A stretch of 23,123 nt of DNA from a virus (lineage: Duplodnaviria > Heunggongvirae > Uroviricota > Caudoviricetes): IMG/VR virus record IMGVR_UViG_3300032220_000751; one strand, written 5' to 3'. Positions 15,877 to 23,123 of the stretch are shown here, one piece after another. The notes under the pieces were generated by a model, which worked only from the letters and a program-made list of their open reading frames with translations, was not told the origin of the DNA and did no database searches. Both the position numbers and the translations under genes were made by a program. Position 1 is the stretch's first letter. Each line of letters begins with the position of its first letter.

Positions 15877-16653
15877 ATGTTCCAAGAAGAAACTACCTCG
15901 CATCTGGTAGAGACCATGATGCGTCTGAACAAGTCGTCGCCCAAGTACGTACAGTTGGCGATGCAAACCATCGTAGCAGCCATCACGACGGTCTTGAACA
16001 CGACCGGCGTCTATGAGGTCAAGGTGCGTGAGACCGAGGATGGTGATGAGATTCTGCGCTTGAAGTTTGAGCAGCTCCTCACCACCAGTAATTACGATTA
16101 CCCGGCACTGGTGTTGACGTATGCTGTCGAGGAAAATCGCCCCGGTCAGTCACGTGAAGCAAGGGCATTCCATGGCACTCAGATCTTCCCAGTCTTCATG
16201 GTCAAGGAAGCTTGCGCGACGTTGTTCCACCGCATGCTCTTGGCCGAAGAAGGTTACCATCCTCTGGCCAAGAAGGTGTGCAAGGAATTCAACCAGCACA
16301 CCGACTACGACGATGACAAGGTGATCGATGCCTTGGGGAACTACACCAAAGAGTTCCTGAAGTATAACACCTCGTCCTGGGGTCGTCATCTGGTGCTGTT
16401 CAAGAGTCCTGAAGCTTGGGACCTTCTCTTCAACCGGATCTTCGACGATGAAAGTCTCTTCGGTACACTGCATACCGAGAACAAGAGCGAAGACAGCTAC
16501 GAGTTCATCGTCGAGTTCCCCAGCGAGCTGTACTTCAACGTCTACATCAAGCCGTTGCTGGAAAGCAAAGTCCAATGGGACGTCGTCGACCCGCATTTCG
16601 CAGATGCGATGGACCAAGCAGCAGTCGAAGCTCAAAAGGAAGAAGATGCTTGA
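15877..16653 (+). CDS. hypothetical protein (258 aa)
   Basis: AGAGG RBS; long co-oriented ORF. Confidence 0.8.
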   Translation: MFQEETTSHLVETMMRLNKSSPKYVQLAMQTIVAAITTVLNTTGVYEVKVRETEDGDEILRLKFEQLLTTSNYDYPALVLTYAVEENRPGQSREARAFHGTQIFPVFMVKEACATLFHRMLLAEEGYHPLAKKVCKEFNQHTDYDDDKVIDALGNYTKEFLKYNTSSWGRHLVLFKSPEAWDLLFNRIFDDESLFGTLHTENKSEDSYEFIVEFPSELYFNVYIKPLLESKVQWDVVDPHFADAMDQAAVEAQKEEDA

Positions 16654-16726
16654 ACCTTCCCCGAAAGACCAATCACACGGCTCAGAACGTGTGCGTGATG
16701 ACCTCTACAAATAAGGAGTAACACCT

Positions 16727-17071
16727 ATGGCAAAGCAACGTAGCGGCTGGACAGCTGCACAAAAAGAAGACTTCATCAAGTGGCACAACGACCGTATCGC
16801 CGCTCTCGGCTATCCGGATGAAGTCGTGAAGGAACTGACGCATGCGCGCAACAAGTGGATGCCCAAGACCGTGGAAGCTACCCCCACGATCGGCGACGTC
16901 CCCAAGAAACCCAAGAAGCAGCAGTACGCAACGCAAGGCGGTGGTCTGGCTGAACGTGACGCGTACGGCGATCTGGTCTTCGTGACCGCGCCGCCGCCTG
17001 GCCTCGGTCTGGAAGTGGGTGACTACGTTCCGGAAGACTGGGACTATCAACCGATCCACAAGTTCAACTAA
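16727..17071 (+). CDS. hypothetical protein (114 aa)
   Basis: AAGGAG RBS; strong codon bias. Confidence 0.8.
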   Translation: MAKQRSGWTAAQKEDFIKWHNDRIAALGYPDEVVKELTHARNKWMPKTVEATPTIGDVPKKPKKQQYATQGGGLAERDAYGDLVFVTAPPPGLGLEVGDYVPEDWDYQPIHKFN

Positions 17072-17106
17072 TTCCCATCACTACCTAATGTGAAAGGATG
17101 TAAATC

Positions 17107-17625
17107 ATGAGCATCAAAATCAAACCGGTCAGTCGTGAAAACCTGATCACCAGTCTGAACATCCATGACTTCGGTCTGACTGTGGAGCAGTTGACCATGC
17201 TCCACGCACTGATCAAGACTAATCTGTTGCGCGATGGCGTCTACACCGCCCAGTTGCAAAACAAAGATCAGCTGATGATCTCGCTCGACGACAGCCACTG
17301 GGCTACTGTCGGCACGCTGAGGACCGTCATCGTGTCCTTCGGCGAATTCATGCCAGCCATGGATGAAGGTGATGAGGACGGCTGGATGGTCAGTGGTACG
17401 CGTTACTTCCCAGCTTACGACAACGGTCTTGATGACGCCGTCATGGTCTTCATGGGACGTCTCTTCGCCAACCCCAACACTGTCAACCTGCCCTACGCCA
17501 ACATCGACTCCTGGTCGCTGGAAGCTATCGAGAAGACCTACAGTGAACGTCCCGATCTGGTGGCTCAAGCTGAAGAAAACTTCAGCTACAAGATCACCGT
17601 TCTGGAAGTCGGCATCCCAGCCTAA
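17107..17625 (+). CDS. hypothetical protein (172 aa)
   Basis: AAAGGA RBS. Confidence 0.8.
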   Translation: MSIKIKPVSRENLITSLNIHDFGLTVEQLTMLHALIKTNLLRDGVYTAQLQNKDQLMISLDDSHWATVGTLRTVIVSFGEFMPAMDEGDEDGWMVSGTRYFPAYDNGLDDAVMVFMGRLFANPNTVNLPYANIDSWSLEAIEKTYSERPDLVAQAEENFSYKITVLEVGIPA

Positions 17626-17652
17626 GCAATTCCAACCAATAGAGGATAAATC

Positions 17653-18489
17653 ATGACCAATAACAAAAAAGCAACACCTATTAACTCAGTCGATGAAGTA
17701 AAGTCGACGATTGAGCAACAAGTCGACAAATACATCGCTGCAAGTATGGAGGGTACGGTCAAAGGTGGCTTCGTCGCGCAGTTCGACGGTGTCTTCTTCG
17801 ACATTGCTTCACTCGACGTCAATGTCGTCCATCTCCTGATCTCTCTGGAGAAGCGCGGCATGTTGAACCGCAACAAGTTGAAGGAACTCGTCAGTCCCGT
17901 TGAACCTAACCGTCGTGGTGAGATTATCAAGGGGACTTACAAGGACCCCTTCGGTAATGTGAGGGACATTCGTGACCTCGACATCACTGCGATGGCATTG
18001 CGTGCCAACAGCCCGGTTCCTAATTCGTTTGACGCCATGTTGGATAACGTCACGGTACATCATCGGGATATGCAGGATACAGCTGATATTCCGATTAAGC
18101 TGATACCGTTCGTTTCCCGTGAACCTCGCTCAGTGATGGCTCGTTGGGCGCAAGACCATGCGTTAGTTAGTCCGGCTGTTGTTGAAGTGATGAAAGAACG
18201 AATGGGCAATGACCGTATGCTGGCAATACTGCAGCGTGAAATGGAATCGACTCGACCCATGGATCCGGGTAGCTTCGTCTACCGTAATTACCAAGGTATG
18301 CGGGGTGGTTTTGCCGATCGCCATAACCTGGATCATGATGGGGATAGCATGACATTCCCTATGCGTGGTGGTGGTCTGTCCAAGGGCGAGCGCAAGCGTC
18401 GTAAGAAGTTCTACGCAAAAGAGATCGCTGAGCAAGAAAAGGAAATCCTGCCCAGTCCTCTGCTGCGCAATCTGATCAAGAAGATCTAA
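17653..18489 (+). CDS. hypothetical protein (278 aa) with basic C-terminal motif
   Basis: GAGGA RBS; GGGLSKGERKRRKKFY near the C-terminus. Confidence 0.75.
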   Translation: MTNNKKATPINSVDEVKSTIEQQVDKYIAASMEGTVKGGFVAQFDGVFFDIASLDVNVVHLLISLEKRGMLNRNKLKELVSPVEPNRRGEIIKGTYKDPFGNVRDIRDLDITAMALRANSPVPNSFDAMLDNVTVHHRDMQDTADIPIKLIPFVSREPRSVMARWAQDHALVSPAVVEVMKERMGNDRMLAILQREMESTRPMDPGSFVYRNYQGMRGGFADRHNLDHDGDSMTFPMRGGGLSKGERKRRKKFYAKEIAEQEKEILPSPLLRNLIKKI

Positions 18490-18513
18490 TAATCTCAACG
18501 AATAGGGGTATTT

Positions 18514-19422
18514 ATGCATCCGACTAAACACACCACTGTCAACATCTTCAACGCCCGCAACGAAGCAATCAGCGGGATTTTCACTCATTACGTCAAAGGT
18601 ATCACGAACAACGTGCTCAACAGCATGGTTAACATGGTGTCGCAGACCCTCAGCAAGTATGGGGTGTGTGAGAATACCGATCCGGAGTCCAATGACAACT
18701 TCGAGATCAAGTACGAACTGGTCTCGTTCGGCGAGGGTATCGATCGTCAAGACTATCCGGTGCTGTCTGTGCTGAGGCATGCCTACGATGATTCGAATGA
18801 AGTCGAGCATCACGTGACGGCATCCAAGTCGATCTTCCCCATCGACGATGAGAAGCGTGCGATCTACCTGTTCCTCAGTCATCTTCTCGGTATCAAGCAG
18901 GTTGAAGATCGTCACATCGGCCTCTTCTATACATACTCCGGCAAGGAAATCGCTGAACACTACAAAGAGAACCCTCTGGACAAGGTGTGCGTCTCGGTTT
19001 CCAGGACGCAAAACTGGCGCGAGATGATGGGCTTCATCCAACCAGAAGACAATGGCGTCGAGTGCGCTAACATCTACCTGGACGATGGACGTACCAGCAT
19101 TCTCATCGTCTATCCATCCCGCCAACACATGAACATCGCAGCTCGTCGTGTCGGTCGTGACTGGAGTCGTCACGTGAAAGTCATGGATCGCTGGAATTAC
19201 ATCGATCCGTTCAAGCAGTACAGTGACGACAAGCTCTGCAATGTGAACAACGTGGTGGACGTTATGCGTTCGCAGTACAACATCAACCAACCTGACGTGA
19301 GTAAGATCGAAGCAGTCCTCAAGGAAGCTTACGTCGACAACAACATGCCAGCAGACCCGCTGACAGCCGTCATCACGGTGAAGTATGCCAAGATGATCAT
19401 GAAGGCACACGGCATCGAGTAA
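18514..19422 (+). CDS. hypothetical protein (302 aa)
   Basis: AGGGG RBS; long ORF. Confidence 0.8.
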   Translation: MHPTKHTTVNIFNARNEAISGIFTHYVKGITNNVLNSMVNMVSQTLSKYGVCENTDPESNDNFEIKYELVSFGEGIDRQDYPVLSVLRHAYDDSNEVEHHVTASKSIFPIDDEKRAIYLFLSHLLGIKQVEDRHIGLFYTYSGKEIAEHYKENPLDKVCVSVSRTQNWREMMGFIQPEDNGVECANIYLDDGRTSILIVYPSRQHMNIAARRVGRDWSRHVKVMDRWNYIDPFKQYSDDKLCNVNNVVDVMRSQYNINQPDVSKIEAVLKEAYVDNNMPADPLTAVITVKYAKMIMKAHGIE

Positions 19423-19426
19423 GAAG

Positions 19427-19449
19427 AGGGGAGGAAACTCTCCTCCCCT
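19427..19449 (+). terminator. hairpin, putative terminator
   Basis: AGGGGAGG-AAACTCT-CCTCCCCT followed by TT. Confidence 0.5.
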
Positions 19450-19474
19450 TTAGTAACAACATAGGAGAATCAAC

Positions 19475-20152
19475 ATGCAAACTCAAAACAATAACCCGGT
19501 GCTGCCGGGTAAATTCATCGTCAGCATTGACGGCAAGAACCAAAGCTTCACAAGCGAAGACCTGACCACCAAGCTTCTTCTCAACGACGACCATTCGCGC
19601 TACTTGGTTCAACAAGCCAAGAGTCTGTCGGATGGTTTCTACAAGACCGGCGCGCTTGCTGCTACGGTGGTTGTGGGGGAAGATATCCCTTACCTCTACC
19701 TGAAGGATAACGTGACGGCTGAAGTCTTCCTGCGCGTGTTGCGTGAACGTTACCCGCTGCGCTCGCAGAAGGTGGAGTTCGAAACCGTACTGCGCGTGCT
19801 GTCCAACCACAACAGCAATTCGCCGTACACCCATGCCAACATCGACCTGACTTTCGACGACATCGAGCGTCTGGCCGTGGTGTACGGTGTGACGGTGGTG
19901 GTCAAGCCTGTGCAGCGTGAAATCTTCAACGTGGCATTCCGCCGTGGTGACTACACCATCTCGCGTCTGCAGCAATTACTGGAAGCACGTGGTCGTAAGA
20001 CCGACGTGGGTCACGTGATTGGCATGCTTGATCCTGATCGCAAACTGGGCATTACTGCCCACACCATCCTCTCCCGCGAGGATATCCGCTACCTGGCATA
20101 TCGGCTGGATTTCAAGGCCCACTTTAAGTTCGGCCTGCGTCGCATGCACTAA
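19475..20152 (+). CDS. hypothetical protein (225 aa), possibly two degenerate XRE/Cro-like modules
   Basis: AGGAG RBS; repeated LTFDDIERLAVVYG / LSREDIRYLAYRLD segments. Confidence 0.7.
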   Translation: MQTQNNNPVLPGKFIVSIDGKNQSFTSEDLTTKLLLNDDHSRYLVQQAKSLSDGFYKTGALAATVVVGEDIPYLYLKDNVTAEVFLRVLRERYPLRSQKVEFETVLRVLSNHNSNSPYTHANIDLTFDDIERLAVVYGVTVVVKPVQREIFNVAFRRGDYTISRLQQLLEARGRKTDVGHVIGMLDPDRKLGITAHTILSREDIRYLAYRLDFKAHFKFGLRRMH

Positions 20153-20182
20153 CCATCAACCTCAATCAATAGAAAGAGCAAA

Positions 20183-20722
20183 ATGACTGATACCAATGTT
20201 GACTCGCCGCAAGCTTTTGAAGACGTCATGCGAGTCAAGGAAAAAGTGGCGGACTACGATGACGTGTTGATTGGCTTGGGTCGTTTGGCTCAAGCCTTCA
20301 AAGACGACATGACCATGTACGCCATTCTGATCATGAACGATCGGCGTAACGAGTCTCAGCGTACGGTCGCGGTGGCCAGCTACTATCAGAAGTTTGGTCA
20401 CCTTCCCGACACCCAGGCGAAGATGGGCATTGCCTGGGAAGAGTACGAGGGTGTTCTGAAGCCTCGTATGCAGCGGTTGCTGTCGGAAGCCATCAACAGC
20501 GAGATCGAAGCTGAAAATCGTGAAATGCAAGCCAAGATCACCAAGCTGCAAAACGAGATGCTTGCACAAATGCGCAAGACCCATCAACCGCATCAACTGG
20601 GTACCGTCAATGAGATCGCACAGAAGTACGGGATCTCGAAGTCGGAAGTTCGCCGTCTGAAGTCCGAAGGCAAGCTGGAAGAGTTCGTGCAAGAACGTGA
20701 AAGTGGTTCTGGTAAGTCATAA
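20183..20722 (+). CDS. coiled-coil protein with C-terminal helix-turn-helix
   Basis: TVNEIAQKYGISKSEVRRLKSEGKL fits an excisionase/MerR-like HTH; preceded by a heptad-like coiled coil. Confidence 0.7.
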   Translation: MTDTNVDSPQAFEDVMRVKEKVADYDDVLIGLGRLAQAFKDDMTMYAILIMNDRRNESQRTVAVASYYQKFGHLPDTQAKMGIAWEEYEGVLKPRMQRLLSEAINSEIEAENREMQAKITKLQNEMLAQMRKTHQPHQLGTVNEIAQKYGISKSEVRRLKSEGKLEEFVQERESGSGKS

Positions 20723-20749
20723 CAACCAATAGAAAGGAGTACATCGCAA

Positions 20750-21205
20750 ATGTCCAATAACCTGACGTTTTCTACTTCGGTTCAACGTATCGTTGATATT
20801 GCTCAAGTACTGAAGCTTTTCAACGATACGTGCAAGTACATGCGCACACCGCGTTTTCGTGTGTCCATGAACATTCAGACCTATGAAACCGTCCCGCTGT
20901 ACGGGGACTTTGACCAACTCTCGATCCGCCAGAACATGGTGGTGGCAGTAGTGGAGTTGCGTGACATGGATCTGAACAAGGTGGTAGAGAAGGTCGGGTT
21001 CGTCATCAATGATCGTCTGATGGCTGATATCTGGCCGTTTGTCTACTATCGTGGTGACGGTTTGGAACGCGTGACTCACTATGACCATTCGTCTGTGCTG
21101 GGTGCGGGCTATATGGCTCGCTACCTGGCCATTCAACTGGATCGTTACATCAACCCTGAAATGATTAGCCAAGTCTTGGCAGATAAGGCAAGCTATGTCG
21201 GCTAG
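20750..21205 (+). CDS. hypothetical protein (151 aa)
   Basis: AAAGGAG RBS. Confidence 0.75.
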   Translation: MSNNLTFSTSVQRIVDIAQVLKLFNDTCKYMRTPRFRVSMNIQTYETVPLYGDFDQLSIRQNMVVAVVELRDMDLNKVVEKVGFVINDRLMADIWPFVYYRGDGLERVTHYDHSSVLGAGYMARYLAIQLDRYINPEMISQVLADKASYVG

Positions 21206-21605
21206 TTCTGTTTCTGGATTGCGCCGTCCTGGTCTACTCGCCCAGTTGCGCATACTGTTAATTGAGTGTGCCCACACCGCCAGTAAAAAGGAACCCGAAT
21301 TCGACTTGGAACGCATTGTCGATGACGGGGAACTGGTTACAGCGGTGTGGACTAAATGGATTAATGCGTATCCCGAGGCGCGCCAGTACAACGTAATCGA
21401 TAATATCGATTACACGCTGACCAAGATCATCCACTACAATCCGAATGCATTCATGAGTGCGCGTGCAAGGGATAAATGGATGAAAGAAATCATGGAAAGT
21501 TATAACAGTGCTAGACTGTTGCAAGAAGCATTGGGTAACTATCCGTCGGATACGCAATTCCGTTTCCCTGAAATTAAAACTCTGAGAGACTTCTCAGTTA
21601 AATAA
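21195..21605 (+). CDS. hypothetical protein (136 aa)
   Basis: Overlaps the upstream stop by 11 nt; co-oriented. Confidence 0.65.
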   Translation: MSASSVSGLRRPGLLAQLRILLIECAHTASKKEPEFDLERIVDDGELVTAVWTKWINAYPEARQYNVIDNIDYTLTKIIHYNPNAFMSARARDKWMKEIMESYNSARLLQEALGNYPSDTQFRFPEIKTLRDFSVK

Positions 21606-21617
21606 AAAGGATTACCT

Positions 21618-22427
21618 ATGGAACTTACTTTTTTCACCAAGACCCTCGACGGTATTGTCAAAAGCTTGGAGCGGTCCGGTGAAACCGGTGTTGGTTACCG
21701 CAATGGTTATTTGTTGATCCAGAAGGTCGAACTCTACAGTGCGACTTCCCGTATGGTTCATCAAGATTTCCTGAGCATCGTTTATCAGGAAATCGACAAC
21801 AGCTACGATGAGCGTTTCGATGGTCAGGTCAGACATCGTTACTTCAATCGTCGGTATTACAAGACGGATTACATCAGCATGATCCAATTACTGGATGCGT
21901 TCGATCGCCGTCAGCAGGATGGATCTGATGAACTCGATGATAGCTTCGGTATGACGTACCGTCAGGCCATGGAGTACATGTGTGAAAAGAACTTGCGTGA
22001 CTTCATCAGAATCTACACACCGCAAGTACGCATCGAACATCTGATCAAGCGTGTCAATGACACACTCAGTAAGAGAAATTCTAACTGTCTGATGTTCGAC
22101 TTGGAACAGGCGATGGCTATACTTGGTTGTCAGTTGAGACCAGGTTATTACGTAACCAAACAACAAGCTGACGAACTGGTCAATATGTTCTCTATCGAGG
22201 TGATTGAAGCATATGACCTGGCTCGCACAATCAACGTTCGTCGTTCTATGACGATTGATAAGTACTGTGAGCGATTCAATCAGCCATTGAGCGATGTTAT
22301 TAATGCCATCAGTGCTGATCCGACCTTTGCAGGTAAGGTTGTGGAACCTTCCACGAAGCTTACACCATCCGTCATCGAGAGCCTGTTGTACATGCATTTC
22401 GATGACGTTGTTGTTAATCGTAAATAA
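21618..22427 (+). CDS. hypothetical protein (269 aa), possible tandem IF2-N-like domains at the C-terminus
   Basis: AAAAGGA RBS; see finding. Confidence 0.7.
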   Translation: MELTFFTKTLDGIVKSLERSGETGVGYRNGYLLIQKVELYSATSRMVHQDFLSIVYQEIDNSYDERFDGQVRHRYFNRRYYKTDYISMIQLLDAFDRRQQDGSDELDDSFGMTYRQAMEYMCEKNLRDFIRIYTPQVRIEHLIKRVNDTLSKRNSNCLMFDLEQAMAILGCQLRPGYYVTKQQADELVNMFSIEVIEAYDLARTINVRRSMTIDKYCERFNQPLSDVINAISADPTFAGKVVEPSTKLTPSVIESLLYMHFDDVVVNRK

Positions 22428-22439
22428 GGAGTAGTAAAT

Positions 22440-22637
22440 ATGGAACAAAAGATGTTCGAACGTCAGTTGAAGGAAGCAAAGGAATCACTGACGCAAGCAC
22501 AAAACATCGTGGACGCATTGATGAACGAACCCGATCAAGCCGATTTGTCACAACGTGTTGTATCGGCTGCTCGTATCGCTTCTCAGGCAGCTGCGGATCT
22601 TAACATGCTGGGCGGCGCACTGCGCTATAACAAGTAA
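22440..22637 (+). CDS. small helical hypothetical protein (65 aa)
   Basis: AAGGAG RBS. Confidence 0.75.
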   Translation: MEQKMFERQLKEAKESLTQAQNIVDALMNEPDQADLSQRVVSAARIASQAAADLNMLGGALRYNK

Positions 22638-22649
22638 GGAGCAGTAATT

Positions 22650-23123
22650 ATGCAACTCATGATGTCTCTGCCTGTCCAGGCTGTTATCAATTCTTTCGTT
22701 GCTTTCGAGAAAGCCATCGAAGATCTCGATCAACCCTTCGCCGTAGAAGTTCACCACTTCGAATGGCATCAAGGTCAGTTCGGTCTCATCGCTACCATCA
22801 CTGGTGATGATGGCAAGAGTGGCAAGAGTGGTCTCGATAAGACTTCGGTTACGATCCACTTCTTCTACCCGAACAACAAGATCGTGGTGGAAGTTCTCGA
22901 ACGCTACACCAATAATCCGGTTACGAAGTTCAGCCGGGCATTCGATGCATCTGACTTCAAGGAAGCGGTCAAGCATGCGGTGGATTCGCTTGTGGCTGAG
23001 CATATCGCCAGCATGCAAGCCAAACCAACGGTCAAGCCTTTGGTCTATGCCCCGGACACAGCCTTCTTCCTCAAGCTGTTGTCCGTGGCGCACACGAGCC
23101 TGTTCAACAACACCAAGTACCCG
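22650..23123 (+). CDS. hypothetical protein, truncated by the window end (not in ORF track)
   Basis: AAGGAGCAGTAATT-ATG, the same leader as at 3891; MQLMMSLPVQAVINSF... stays open to the end of the window. Confidence 0.75.
   Translation, partial: MQLMMSLPVQAVINSFVAFEKAIEDLDQPFAVEVHHFEWHQGQFGLIATITGDDGKSGKSGLDKTSVTIHFFYPNNKIVVEVLERYTNNPVTKFSRAFDASDFKEAVKHAVDSLVAEHIASMQAKPTVKPLVYAPDTAFFLKLLSVAHTSLFNNTKYP

Noticed and set aside
16646-16714. 22-aa ORF MLEPSPKDQ... between 15877 and 16727
   Set aside because: No RBS and very short; cannot be supported.
1825-23093. Numerous long minus-strand and alternate-frame ORFs (e.g. 10054-11292, 18163-19410, 2916-3656, 22548-23093)
   Set aside because: They overlap RBS-supported + strand genes and are the expected shadows of strong C-ending codon bias; no recognisable motifs.

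Overview
Dense, almost entirely + strand segment of what looks like a large (probably phiKZ-like/jumbo) phage genome; this is inferred from small tightly packed hypothetical genes, strong RBSs, intergenic hairpins and the absence of housekeeping genes. The key feature is a 2.4-kb non-coding array (11249-13668) of 67 tandem ~36-nt units. Each unit alternates two short conserved boxes (AGTATC-like and TGAACC-like, 18 nt apart) with two variable segments. It lies directly downstream of a 367-aa gene encoding an IS110/Nop-type RNA-binding domain with no recognisable nuclease or recombinase catalytic domain. This matches a dual-repeat TIGR array plus a nuclease-less Tas (TasA-like) protein, i.e. 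a putative RNA-guided DNA-targeting system. The class is published (Faure et al., Science 2025). This copy has a long array, an HTH-like insertion in the protein and a visible 5'-3' gradient in repeat consensus. Also present: a ~5-kb cluster of 13 small membrane/glycine-zipper proteins including three Zn-ribbon + glycine-zipper paralogues, a 2OG-Fe(II) oxygenase, a Hint-like C-terminal fragment, putative early-promoter motifs, and several HTH-like and possible IF2-N-like hypothetical proteins. All calls are by eye; no database searches were run.
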